A DNA stretch of 54,772 bases from an uncultured Thermotogae bacterium (lineage in GTDB: Bacteria; Bipolaricaulota; Bipolaricaulia; UBA7950; UBA9294). Made by a program: the position numbers and the translations under genes. The DNA is taken from positions 1-54,772 of the forward strand of contig CAZKFV010000021.1 of the NCBI GenBank assembly GCA_964552295.1, written 5' to 3'. The notes under the pieces are model-generated. The model was given only the letters and a program-made list of their open reading frames with translations, ran no database searches and was not told where the DNA came from. Positions 8,961 to 18,551 of the stretch are shown one piece after another. Numbering within the stretch: position 1 is the stretch's first letter; each line of letters opens with the position of its first letter.

Positions 8961-9644
8961 ATGAAAAAAATGTTCCGCCATATGCGGGATGCTTTTGTAA
9001 GTGGTTTGTTAGCAATTCTACCTATCGGTGGGTTGTTCTACATCCTATGGTTCATCTATCGCTTGATTGACAGCGCGGTAGGACGCTATACCCCGTTTGG
9101 CCAGATGGTGCAAAACGCTCTCGGTCGTTGGATCCCAGGGATGGGAATCTACATGACCTTAATCCTAGTGTTGATCATTGGGCTAATAGCACGCAACATC
9201 TTTGGCCGTACCTTGCAGTACTACTTGGACCGTTTCTTCGGATCTGTACCCGGGGTACGCAAGATGTATTCCACCCTCAAGCAATTCTCAAACGCTCTTC
9301 TTAACCGTAATAGAACATCTTTTCATAGGGTCGTCATGTTCGAGTATCCAATAGAAGGAATCCACGTTATCGGCCTAGTTACAAATGAAGACTTAGGAAA
9401 ATTGAATACTAAGACCAAGGAAGACTCAATTCTGGTCTATGCGCCTACTGCACCCAATCCTCTATCTGGCATGATGCTTGTTGTGCCAAAGAGCAGGGTG
9501 ATAGAGGTAGATATCGCGGTTGACGACGCTCTTTCTATGGTCTTATCCAGCGGTTCGGTATTGCCAGCCAATTTGCGACAGGTAGAAGAAGTCGTTTCAA
9601 GACCGCGATTTACAATGTTCAGAAGACGAAAGGGAGAAAAGTAA
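8961..9644 (+). CDS. DUF502 family membrane protein
   Basis: two TM segments, VPGVRKMYSTLKQ, VMFEYP, YAPTAPNPLSG, LSMVLSSG. Confidence 0.85.
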   Translation: MKKMFRHMRDAFVSGLLAILPIGGLFYILWFIYRLIDSAVGRYTPFGQMVQNALGRWIPGMGIYMTLILVLIIGLIARNIFGRTLQYYLDRFFGSVPGVRKMYSTLKQFSNALLNRNRTSFHRVVMFEYPIEGIHVIGLVTNEDLGKLNTKTKEDSILVYAPTAPNPLSGMMLVVPKSRVIEVDIAVDDALSMVLSSGSVLPANLRQVEEVVSRPRFTMFRRRKGEK

Positions 9645-9646
9645 TA

Positions 9647-10492
9647 ATGCCAATCTTCAAGGACAAGCAGTACTTCCGGGTAAAACTGGATAAAGAAGTA
9701 GATGAGGGTTTGTGGCTGCGTTGCAAATCCTGTGGCGAACTGGTGTTTAAACGCCGAGTGCGGGAGAACAACAATATTTGTCCTAATTGCGGCACGTACT
9801 TCTTTCTTACAGCGAGGGAGCGCATCGAATCGCTCGTTGACGAAGGGTCCTTCGAGGACGTATCCAAACCGATCGCTGCTGATGACCCCCTCGGGTTCGA
9901 GGACCGAAAATCTTATCTCCAACGCCTTGATGAGGCAGAGAAAAAGACGGGCCTTCCCAGTGCCATTATTCTGGCAAGCGCGACCATCTCAAACATGCCT
10001 GTAGTGATTGGGGTGATGGAGTTCCAATTCATAGGTGGAAGCATGGGATCGGTTATGGGCGAGCAAATATGTCATGGTATGGAAGAGGCTATAAAGAGGC
10101 GCCGTCCATTTATTCTTGTTTCCGCATCCGGCGGAGCACGTATGCAAGAAGGGGTTCTTGCCCTGATGCAGATGGTTAAGACAACCGCGGTCCGTACAAG
10201 ACTGGCAAGAGAACGCCTGCCTTTCATCTCGGTAATGACCTATCCCACTACAGGAGGCGTTCAGGCCTCCATCGCCAGCTTAGGGGACGTAATAATCGCC
10301 GAGAAAGGAGCCATGATTGGTTTCGCTGGTCCGCGTGTGATTAAGGAGACAATATCCGAAGAGCTGCCTAGGAATTTCCAGACTGATGCCTTTGCTCTGG
10401 AACACGGGATGATTGACCGGGTGACCAAACGAGAGGATTTGCGTAGCGAACTGGAGACAGTCCTTCGGTTCTTTCAGGAGGAGACTAGATGA
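9647..10492 (+). CDS. accD: acetyl-CoA carboxylase carboxyltransferase beta subunit
   Basis: CKSC...CPNC zinc ribbon, GGSMGSVMGE, SGGARMQEG, GFAGPRVI. Confidence 0.96.
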   Translation: MPIFKDKQYFRVKLDKEVDEGLWLRCKSCGELVFKRRVRENNNICPNCGTYFFLTARERIESLVDEGSFEDVSKPIAADDPLGFEDRKSYLQRLDEAEKKTGLPSAIILASATISNMPVVIGVMEFQFIGGSMGSVMGEQICHGMEEAIKRRRPFILVSASGGARMQEGVLALMQMVKTTAVRTRLARERLPFISVMTYPTTGGVQASIASLGDVIIAEKGAMIGFAGPRVIKETISEELPRNFQTDAFALEHGMIDRVTKREDLRSELETVLRFFQEETR

Positions 10493-11439
10493 GCGACGAG
10501 AGAACCCTCGATATGCTGGAAGCCAAAATCCAAGAACTGCGCGAATTGGACAAGACCGATGGTCTCGATCTATCAGCTGAGATTGCCAAGCTCGAAACCA
10601 AGCTTTCTCAGATGCGTGTTGAGCTGTACGCGAATCTTGGAGACTGGGAACGTGTGCGAACAGCGCGTAACCCAAAGCGGCCCTATTCCCTGGACTACAT
10701 AGAAGCGGCTTTTTCAAACTTCTATGAGCTTCACGGTGACCGCATATCCGGAGATGATCGCGCCCTTCTTACAGGTCTGGCTGAATTAGATGGCCGAAAA
10801 GTAGCCATAATCGCCCAGCAGAAAGGGCGTGATCCTGAAGAGAACAAGAAGCGCTTCTTCGGGATGGTAAGGCCCCAGGGTTTTCACAAAGCAATAAAGA
10901 TGATGCGTCTTGCGGAACGTTTCAGGTTCCCCATCATCAGCTTGATAGACACGCCAGGCGCTTATCCCGGACTTGAATCCGAGGAGAAGAACATCGGTGG
11001 GGCAATTGCTCAAACCATACAGTCTATGCTGGAGGTGGAGGTTCCTGCAGTTTCGGTAATAATCGGCGAAGGCGGATCAGGCGGCGCGGTGGCAATCGCT
11101 GCCGCCGATCGGCTAATGATGTTGGAGAACGCGGTCTTCTCGGTAATCAGCCCCGAAGGAGCGGCGGCGATCCTTTGGAAGAGCAAGGAAAGGGTTAAGG
11201 AAGCGGCAGCCGCCCTGAAGCTTACCGCGCCTCATCTCCTGGAGCTTGGCGTAATTGATGAAATCATTCCTGAACCGCTAGGTGGAGCTCACAAAGATTT
11301 GGTAAAGACTACGCAAGCACTCAAGTCAGCCCTTATCCGTCAACTTGACGAGCTCACTAAGGTGAGTTTGGAAGAGCTGATACCCGCCCGTTTAGAGCGC
11401 TTCAGAAAGATGGGTCGGTATAACACGCTCTCTGACTGA
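10489..11439 (+). CDS. accA: acetyl-CoA carboxylase carboxyltransferase alpha subunit
   Basis: ELHGDR, IDTPGAYPG, IGEGGSGGA, SVISPEGAAAILW; ATGA overlap with accD. Confidence 0.96.
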   Translation: MSDERTLDMLEAKIQELRELDKTDGLDLSAEIAKLETKLSQMRVELYANLGDWERVRTARNPKRPYSLDYIEAAFSNFYELHGDRISGDDRALLTGLAELDGRKVAIIAQQKGRDPEENKKRFFGMVRPQGFHKAIKMMRLAERFRFPIISLIDTPGAYPGLESEEKNIGGAIAQTIQSMLEVEVPAVSVIIGEGGSGGAVAIAAADRLMMLENAVFSVISPEGAAAILWKSKERVKEAAAALKLTAPHLLELGVIDEIIPEPLGGAHKDLVKTTQALKSALIRQLDELTKVSLEELIPARLERFRKMGRYNTLSD

Positions 11440-11475
11440 GCGCGGATGCTAATTCAGCCACGGCCAAAACCAACG

Positions 11476-11504
11476 TTGAAAGCAGGCAATAAAACAGGTA
11501 TAAG
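11476..11504 (+). promoter_or_regulatory. putative promoter of fba-pfk
   Basis: TTGAAA-17-TATAAG followed by AGGAGG SD. Confidence 0.55.
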
Positions 11505-11525
11505 GTTACTAGGAGGATCCAAAAA

Positions 11526-12524
11526 ATGGCATTCTACAGCGGCAAGGAACTGAGGCGAGCCTACAAATTGGCGCAAGAAAACGGCTATGCCTTCATGGCG
11601 AATAACATCGCTGAACAGAATGTGCTTATCGGACTTCTTCAAGGCTACAGCGAACGCAAGTCCGACCTTGTTCTGCAGATTTCGCCAGGGGCTGCTAAGT
11701 ACGCCGGTGCAGGAGATAAGCTTTCTGGCTTGCGTAGTCTCTCTTACCAGGTGAGAACACTAGGCGACCTGTTCCCAATTGGGGTCTTTCTAAACCTCGA
11801 CCACTTCACAGCCAATGAAATGGACCTGATAGGCATCGCTATCTCCGAGAAGCTTGTATCCTCAATAATGATCGATGCTTCCAAGGAAGAATACGAAGAA
11901 AATATCAGAATAACTCGCCAAGTTGTAGATATGGCCAAGGCAAGCGGGATTCTCATAGAGGCTGAATTGGGCAAGATCAAGGGAGTAGAAGATGAGGTTT
12001 CCTCCGCTGATGCGTTCTATACTGACCCTGACGAAGCGGTCGAATTTATGAAAAGAAGTGGCGCCGACCTTCTAGCAATCTCGATTGGAACACAACATGG
12101 TGTCTCCAAGGGAAAGGATGTCGTTTTGAATACCGACATTGCGGGCAGGGTACACAAGGGGCTGGTGGAAAACGGGCTTAGTGTTCCCCTGGTACTTCAC
12201 GGAACATCCGGACTGCTTGCTGATCAGATACGGGAGATAATTGCTTACGGAATTTGCAAGCTCAACAAGGATACTAGGTATCAGTACGAATACGCTCGCG
12301 CTGCCCACGATTACTACGTTTCGCATACTGGTTCCATCGTTCCCCCAGAGGGAGTCTCAGATGACGCTACCGGCCTCTTCTCTAACAGCGATTGGACACC
12401 GGTAAAGAAAGATTTCGACCCTCGCGCTGTAGGAATAGCAATTCAGGAAAGAATCAAGGATGTCGCAATGAAATTGATCGGTCAGGCAGGAAGCGCAAAC
12501 CATACAATAATACAAGGAAAGTGA
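11526..12524 (+). CDS. fba: class II fructose-bisphosphate aldolase
   Basis: NLDH, SSIMIDAS, EAELG, AISIGTQHG, LVLHGTSG, KLNKDT, FDPR. Confidence 0.9.
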   Translation: MAFYSGKELRRAYKLAQENGYAFMANNIAEQNVLIGLLQGYSERKSDLVLQISPGAAKYAGAGDKLSGLRSLSYQVRTLGDLFPIGVFLNLDHFTANEMDLIGIAISEKLVSSIMIDASKEEYEENIRITRQVVDMAKASGILIEAELGKIKGVEDEVSSADAFYTDPDEAVEFMKRSGADLLAISIGTQHGVSKGKDVVLNTDIAGRVHKGLVENGLSVPLVLHGTSGLLADQIREIIAYGICKLNKDTRYQYEYARAAHDYYVSHTGSIVPPEGVSDDATGLFSNSDWTPVKKDFDPRAVGIAIQERIKDVAMKLIGQAGSANHTIIQGK

Positions 12525-12525
12525 C

Positions 12526-13554
12526 TTGAAAAGAACAGGTATACTGACAGGAGGGGGAGATTCCCCAGGAATCAATGCTGCAATCCGTTCCGTGGTGCGT
12601 TTTGGCTACAAGCACGGAGTGGAAACCATAGGCTTTCGAGAGGGGTGGCTAGGGCCAATAGAGGATCTGACGGAGCCCCTTGAGCTAAAAGACGTATCCG
12701 GTATCCTCCAAATCGGAGGAACTATACTGGGGAGTTCTCGTACCAACCCGTTCAATATTGACGGCGGAGTAGAAACAATAGTAGATACGTTGAATCGGAA
12801 CGCAATCGACTTTCTCATCGCCATTGGAGGGGACGATACGTTGGGTGTAGCACATAGGCTTTCTGAGTACGGTATCAAGGCAATAGGGATTCCCCAAACT
12901 ATAGACAACGATATAGCGATGACCGATTACTCCATCGGTTACGCATCGGCGCTTGGAGTAGTTACCGACGCCCTCGACCGCTTACATACAACGGCGTTTT
13001 CCCATCACCGGGTTCTCATTCTGGAAGTGATGGGACGCGATGCGGGCTGGCTAAGCCTTATGGGAGGAATCGCTGGAGGGGCTGACGTCATACTAATCCC
13101 AGAGCAAGAATTCGATATCGCGCAAGTGCATAGAAAAATCCTCCACCGTCAAGCCCGTAAGAAGCACTTCAGTATTATCATCGTAGCTGAAGGAGCAACT
13201 CCTAAAGGTTTGCATGGACAGGTACTCGCCGAAGCAGAGGTTGATTCCTTTGGCCACGTCCGTCTTGGTGGAGTGGGACAGTACATAGCTAACGAGCTCT
13301 CCGCTATGATGCAGATGCCCGTCAGGGTGACCAACCTTGCCTATCTCCAGCGTGGGGGAAGCCCTGCTCCATTTGACAGAATTCTGGCTACCAGGTTTGG
13401 TGCCGCGGCAATCGAGTTTGCTCTTGAAGAGCAGTTTGACATTATGACGGCTATTCACGGCACCAGGATCGTCGCAGTAAAATTTGAGGAAGCATTAGCA
13501 AAACCTCGCCCAGTAGATCAGGGATTGTTCTATTTGATTAATTTATTTGAATGA
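12526..13554 (+). CDS. pfkA: 6-phosphofructokinase, PfkA family (phosphoryl donor uncertain)
   Basis: GILTGGGDSPGINA, GGTILGSSR, IGGDDT, PQTIDND, EVMGR, LQRGG. Confidence 0.92.
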   Translation: MKRTGILTGGGDSPGINAAIRSVVRFGYKHGVETIGFREGWLGPIEDLTEPLELKDVSGILQIGGTILGSSRTNPFNIDGGVETIVDTLNRNAIDFLIAIGGDDTLGVAHRLSEYGIKAIGIPQTIDNDIAMTDYSIGYASALGVVTDALDRLHTTAFSHHRVLILEVMGRDAGWLSLMGGIAGGADVILIPEQEFDIAQVHRKILHRQARKKHFSIIIVAEGATPKGLHGQVLAEAEVDSFGHVRLGGVGQYIANELSAMMQMPVRVTNLAYLQRGGSPAPFDRILATRFGAAAIEFALEEQFDIMTAIHGTRIVAVKFEEALAKPRPVDQGLFYLINLFE

Positions 13555-13742
13555 CTCTAACCTAATATAGGGGCTGATTCTTCTTTAGCCTGTGCAGCTT
13601 TCCTGCCATGTTACCCGGTTTGCAAGATGCTTAACCCGCACACTTCTTTTCGCAATCTGGCAAGGCGTCGCTTCCTTTCAGGTTTTCTGACGTAATCAAA
13701 AAACGACATCCAGCACATTACCAAGCCATGCGGGGTTGCCGC

Positions 13743-13770
13743 TTGACATGACATTCTTTTGCGCTATACT
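13743..13770 (+). promoter_or_regulatory. sigma70 promoter of deoR-ugp operon
   Basis: TTGACA-16-TATACT. Confidence 0.65.
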
Positions 13771-13779
13771 GAGGATTAA

Positions 13780-14601
13780 ATGGAGTCGCAAGGAAATACA
13801 ACCAATCGACAACATATGCTGACCGATGAACGGCGGCAGGTGATCCTTGAGCAGCTGCAAGCGCGCAAAGCGGTCAAGACTTCTGATCTTTCAGAGAGCT
13901 TTTCCGTTTCATCTATGACCATCCGAAACGACTTTAATGCCCTAGCGCAGCAAGGTCAGATCATTCGTGTGCACGGCGGCGCAATTGCGCGCAAATGGCT
14001 TACAGCTGAACCCTCCTATAATGACAAGGCAAGCGTAAACCAGAAAGAAAAAGAAGCGATAGCAAGATATGCAGCCGGTCTAGTTGAGGAAGGAATGGCT
14101 GTTTTCATCGGTAATGGAACTACAACTATGGCAACAATTAAGCACCTTCCCCAAGATCGGGGTTTTCGGGTATTTACAAATGCCCTTAATCACGCTCTCG
14201 AAGTAAGCAAGTATCCAAGAGCAAAGGTGTTTGTTGTTGGCGGGTATCTGCGCGAGGTCTCGCTAGCAATGGTGGGAAGGCTGGCACATCAAGCCCTGAA
14301 AGGAATCTACTTCGATCTTGCATTTCTGGGAGTGAACGGCATATCTCTTAACCGTGGATTGACAATACCTTCCTTGGAAGAAGCTGAGACGGCCTCAGAG
14401 ATCATCGCGCATAGCCAGCGGATAGTTGTTGTGGCTGACCACACAAAGTTTGGCAGTGTGTCACACGGAAAGATCGCTGATATCTCTGACATCGACGCAA
14501 TCATTACTGATTCGAGGTTGGATCCAAAAGTGATGGACACGCTCTCGAACTTGGACGTGGAGATACGCACCGTTATGGTACCGCAGGAGGTGATTGCATA
14601 G
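13780..14601 (+). CDS. DeoR/GlpR family transcriptional regulator
   Basis: ERRQVIL, VSSMTIRND, RVHGGA HTH; DeoRC domain (GTTT, TNAL, ADHTKFG); start could instead be ATG 13816. Confidence 0.93.
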   Translation: MESQGNTTNRQHMLTDERRQVILEQLQARKAVKTSDLSESFSVSSMTIRNDFNALAQQGQIIRVHGGAIARKWLTAEPSYNDKASVNQKEKEAIARYAAGLVEEGMAVFIGNGTTTMATIKHLPQDRGFRVFTNALNHALEVSKYPRAKVFVVGGYLREVSLAMVGRLAHQALKGIYFDLAFLGVNGISLNRGLTIPSLEEAETASEIIAHSQRIVVVADHTKFGSVSHGKIADISDIDAIITDSRLDPKVMDTLSNLDVEIRTVMVPQEVIA

Positions 14602-14656
14602 AGAGACGATTTATTATAGGCAGGCTGTTCCACAACTATTAGTAAGGAGGCGACAG

Positions 14657-15970
14657 ATGAAACGTGTTATAGTGATTGCAATGCTAGGCCTTCTCGTTAT
14701 TTCGGGACTAGCGCTGGCGCAGGAAAAGACAGAGATTAGTTTCTGGCACGCCATGAGTGGTACGCGAGAATTATTGATTCAGCGCATGGTGGACGACTTC
14801 AACCTCATTAACCCAGGCATCAAGGTAGTCGTAGAATACAAGGGATCGTATAGAGACACCTTAAACGCTGCGCAGGCTGCAGCCGTAGCAGGAAATGCTC
14901 CTCACGTGCTGCACTCGTTTGAGGTTGGCACGCAACAGAACGTTGATATGGGCATCTTTGCTGTAGCCGAGGATTTGATCGATAAATACGGCATTGTTAT
15001 TCCGTGGGGGGACTATCTCGAGCCAGCGCTCAACTACTATAAGCTCAACGGTAAACAGGCTTCGTTCCCATGGAATTCGTCGAATTCAATTCTCTACTAC
15101 AACAAGACCATGCTTGATAAGATTGGCGAAACGATGCCGCGCGAGCCCACCTTCGAGGACATCTTGCGCATCGGACACGCGGTCATGGATGCAGATTTGG
15201 CAGAAGCTGGAATCACCTGGCCAATGCACGGCTGGTTCTACGAGCAGTGGATGGCCGAGCTGGGTGTAGACCTAGTGAACAACGATAACGGCCGTTCCGG
15301 GTATGCTACAGAGATCAACCTCCTTGATCCAGGTTCAATTAGGATTATGGAGTGGCTAAAGCAGCTCTACGATGAAGGCGTTTGGGTGAATCCTGGACGC
15401 GAGGATTGGGCGCAGGCAAGGCAGAATTTCACTACCCAGCGATGCGCGATGATGATCTCCTCCACCTCCGATGTTAACCTGACCGAGAATGCAGCCTACG
15501 ACGGCGGATGGGAGGTTGGAACAGCGTTTATGCCAGTCCCTGCAGACTATGACCGTCACGGTGTTGTCATTGGCGGCGGCTCGCTATGGGTAGTAACTGA
15601 TCATTCCGACGCTGAAATGAAGGCTGCTACTGAGTTTGTAGTGTACATGTCGCAGGTATCGCAAGATATCGAGTGGCATCAGGCAACGGGATATTTTGCA
15701 CTGCGAAAAACGTCGCTTCAGGCACTTGAACTCGAGGGTTGGTACGACCTACATCCGAACTACAAGACTGCATCGGACCAGCTTGCAGAAACGACAATCT
15801 GCACAGCTACTCAGGGCGCTTTGGCAGGTGTTTTCCCCGAGATACGAACCTACCTTGAGGACGCTATGGAGGCCGTGTATGGTGGAGAGAGCGCCATCAA
15901 CGCCTTGACCAAGGCCAAGAGGTTGATAGATCAGGCCCTCGTTGACTACAAGGAGCTGATGGAGGGTTAA
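14657..15970 (+). CDS. ugpB: UgpB-like ABC substrate-binding protein, copy 1
   Basis: start moved to ATG after AAGGAGG; SPase-I signal ALA|QE; FWHAMSG, FEVGT, PWNSSNSILYYNK, NNDNGR, IGGGSLW, WHQATGY. Confidence 0.85.
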   Translation: MKRVIVIAMLGLLVISGLALAQEKTEISFWHAMSGTRELLIQRMVDDFNLINPGIKVVVEYKGSYRDTLNAAQAAAVAGNAPHVLHSFEVGTQQNVDMGIFAVAEDLIDKYGIVIPWGDYLEPALNYYKLNGKQASFPWNSSNSILYYNKTMLDKIGETMPREPTFEDILRIGHAVMDADLAEAGITWPMHGWFYEQWMAELGVDLVNNDNGRSGYATEINLLDPGSIRIMEWLKQLYDEGVWVNPGREDWAQARQNFTTQRCAMMISSTSDVNLTENAAYDGGWEVGTAFMPVPADYDRHGVVIGGGSLWVVTDHSDAEMKAATEFVVYMSQVSQDIEWHQATGYFALRKTSLQALELEGWYDLHPNYKTASDQLAETTICTATQGALAGVFPEIRTYLEDAMEAVYGGESAINALTKAKRLIDQALVDYKELMEG

Positions 15971-15986
15971 TCAGTTTCGTTACGGT

Positions 15987-16024
15987 GCGGGAAGCTCGCT
16001 TCAAGGCGTGCTTCCCGTTCTTTT
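15987..16024 (+). terminator. intra-operon hairpin after SBP gene
   Basis: GCGGGAAGC...GCTTCCCGT followed by TCTTTT. Confidence 0.7.
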
Positions 16025-16049
16025 ATACGCATAGGAAGAGGGGGGCGGG

Positions 16050-16934
16050 ATGGAGAGCAAGTTTCCCAATCGATGGTTTCCTTTTGTTGTTCTGCTACCT
16101 ACGCTAATTGTCTGCGGCCTGTTCCTTTACTACCCAGTCGCACAGAGCTTTAGCTGGAGCCTTCTAAGGTCCGCGTTTATGGGGCTTCGTAGCATATATG
16201 TTGGTACACAGAACTATGTCCGGTTGTTCACCTCATCTGACTATTTGCGAAGCCTGTTAGCAAGCATTGTCTTTGCTGGCGGAATTGTGTTTCTCGGTCT
16301 ATCCTTGTCCCTCGGTATAGCGCTCTTGGCTAATAGAAAAATCCGTGGAGCTCGCATTTATAGAACAGCTCTGATCTGGCCTTATGCCCTGTCGCCGGCA
16401 GTCGCCGGAACTATATGGCTGTTCCTGTTTAATCCTACAGCAGGGGTAGTAAACTACGTTTTGGAGCGAACCATAGGGATTTCTCCCGATTGGGTTACCA
16501 GCAAGAGCCTAGCAATCTTCCTCGTGGTTACGGCTGCGGTGTGGAAGAATCTTGGCTACAACATAGTTTTCTTCCTCGCAGGACTTCAGAATGTTCCTGG
16601 CCAAGTTCTTGAGGCCGCACGGATCGATGGCGCCGGGTCATGGAGATGCTTCTGGCGTGTTACGTTTCCCTTACTGTCGCCCACCATTTTCTTTCTGATG
16701 ATCATGAACATGATCTACGCCTTCTTCAATACCTTCGGACTAATTGACGTACTTACTAAAGGTGGTCCTGATAACGCAACAAATATCCTGATTTACAACC
16801 TGTATAGGGACGCGTTTATGCATAACAAGTGGGGTATGGCTGCCACACAGTCAGTCATACTGTTCATAATGGTTGTTGGATTTACACTACTCCAATTCAG
16901 AACTACTGGAAGGAAGGTCCACTATGGCGGGTAA
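16050..16934 (+). CDS. ugpA: ABC permease, UgpA-like
   Basis: YRTALIWPYALSPAVAG, WKNLGYNIVFFLAGLQ, EAARIDGA, TKGGP. Confidence 0.88.
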   Translation: MESKFPNRWFPFVVLLPTLIVCGLFLYYPVAQSFSWSLLRSAFMGLRSIYVGTQNYVRLFTSSDYLRSLLASIVFAGGIVFLGLSLSLGIALLANRKIRGARIYRTALIWPYALSPAVAGTIWLFLFNPTAGVVNYVLERTIGISPDWVTSKSLAIFLVVTAAVWKNLGYNIVFFLAGLQNVPGQVLEAARIDGAGSWRCFWRVTFPLLSPTIFFLMIMNMIYAFFNTFGLIDVLTKGGPDNATNILIYNLYRDAFMHNKWGMAATQSVILFIMVVGFTLLQFRTTGRKVHYGG

Positions 16935-17784
16935 CAGAATGCGCAATTGGTACTACTGGAGGCCCAGGCTTTCTACACTCACAACACATCTTGTCCTTCT
17001 GCTAGCAGCCCTTTTCATCGCTTCGCCAATCATATTTGCTGTTATCAAGAGCACTCAGAGCACGGCTCAGATTCAGACTTATCCGCCGCAGTTTGGAGTC
17101 GGCAGTTCGACAATTGATAACTACTCCGTTGCCTGGCACCGCTACAACCTGGGCGGCCTGATGCTGAACACGCTCGGCGTGGCAGGCTCAGTGATGATTG
17201 GAAAGACCATTCTGTCCCTGTTTGCTGCTCTGGCGCTAGTATACTTCGACTTTCGCTTTAAAGGTCTGATATTCATCTTTATTCTGATCACCCTGATGAT
17301 GCCGGTCCCGGTGAGGGTTGTTCCCCTGTTCAAGCTGGTATCCAGCTTAGGGTGGGGAAACTCGTTCTGGGCTCTTACAGTACCCTTCCTCGCCTCAGCA
17401 ACGGGGGTTTTCCTATTCCGGCAGCACTTCATGTCAATCCCCACGTCGTTAGTTGATGCGGCGAGGGTAGATGGGGTGGGGCCATTTGGATTCCTGTGGA
17501 AGATTCTTGTCCCTATGTCGATGAATACTATTGGCGCACTTGCAGTGATCGAATTTGTCTATCTGTGGAACCAATACTTATGGCCACTGATCATTATCAG
17601 CTCAAATAAGAACCAAATGATCCAAATGGGAGTTAAACAGCTAACAGTATCAGGGCCTGAGGGGATGGTGCACTGGGGAATATCCATGGCAGGGGTTGTC
17701 ATCACCATGCTTCCGCCGCTTATCATGTTCATTGTTCTGCAGGAACAATTCATGCGTGGATTCGCACTTACGGAGGAGAAGTGA
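16924..17784 (+). CDS. ugpE: ABC permease, UgpE-like
   Basis: ASATGVFLFRQHF, DAARVDG, WNQYLWPL, C-terminal LTEEK; start moved to ATG 16924. Confidence 0.88.
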   Translation: MAGNRMRNWYYWRPRLSTLTTHLVLLLAALFIASPIIFAVIKSTQSTAQIQTYPPQFGVGSSTIDNYSVAWHRYNLGGLMLNTLGVAGSVMIGKTILSLFAALALVYFDFRFKGLIFIFILITLMMPVPVRVVPLFKLVSSLGWGNSFWALTVPFLASATGVFLFRQHFMSIPTSLVDAARVDGVGPFGFLWKILVPMSMNTIGALAVIEFVYLWNQYLWPLIIISSNKNQMIQMGVKQLTVSGPEGMVHWGISMAGVVITMLPPLIMFIVLQEQFMRGFALTEEK

Positions 17785-18551
17785 AGATCATAGGGCACAA
17801 GGGCGGTGGGAGTACTGTGCCAGAAAACTCGCGCACAGGTCTGCAGTACGCGCTATCTCTGGGATTGGAAGCTGTAGAGGTGGATATTTGGCCTACAGCC
17901 GATCACGGATTTGTACTATTCCACGATGCGGAATTAAATCGCTTGACAGGACAAGCCGGATGGACCATGCACCACACCAGCGCTCAGCTAAGAACACTGG
18001 AAATTGGCAAACAATCATCCGCGCATTTCCCAGATGAACGGATACTCCTGTTGGAGGAAGCTCTGGACATGCTTGCTGGAAAGGCCGAGCTGTTTTTGGA
18101 GGTAAAGCGAACGCGTCACGAACTGCACAAGTACACGTGGGTAGAGGACAGTCTTTCCAGGATTCTAGCAGACTGCAACGCTCAAAAATGGACAACTGTG
18201 ATCTCATTCGACCATCGCAGCCTGGCTAACCTACATGAAATTTCGCCCGACACGCGAATCGGGATGCTTTACGCTGGCGAGTGGATCAGTTTGGACCAGG
18301 AGATAGAAGCACTTCGTCCAATTGCCCTGCTCCCGCATTGGGCACAGACCACAGCTGCGCAGACAGAGAAGGCACATTCCAGGGGGATTGCCATCTATCC
18401 TTGGGTAGTAAACGATTATGAATGGATGGAGAAGTTCTCCCGCATGGGAGTTGATGGAATCATAACCGACACCCCTGAGGCATTTCTCCAGACTCAAGAG
18501 ACGGCTTTAAGAACAACCACCAGAAAGAGATCGGAGGAATCACATGGTTGA
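17781..18551 (+). CDS. ugpQ: cytoplasmic glycerophosphodiester phosphodiesterase (UgpQ-like)
   Basis: IGHKG...PENS, VEVDI, FHD, LEVK, ISFD, WVVN, GVDGIITD; no signal peptide. Confidence 0.88.
   Translation: MKIIGHKGGGSTVPENSRTGLQYALSLGLEAVEVDIWPTADHGFVLFHDAELNRLTGQAGWTMHHTSAQLRTLEIGKQSSAHFPDERILLLEEALDMLAGKAELFLEVKRTRHELHKYTWVEDSLSRILADCNAQKWTTVISFDHRSLANLHEISPDTRIGMLYAGEWISLDQEIEALRPIALLPHWAQTTAAQTEKAHSRGIAIYPWVVNDYEWMEKFSRMGVDGIITDTPEAFLQTQETALRTTTRKRSEESHG

Noticed and set aside
14594-14656. N-terminal extensions in the ORF track (also at 16873, 24087, 26622, 33570, 38683, 39388, 53824)
   Set aside because: Downstream ATGs with SD sites or tight coupling fit the family N-termini better; the 24087 extension lies in a hairpin.
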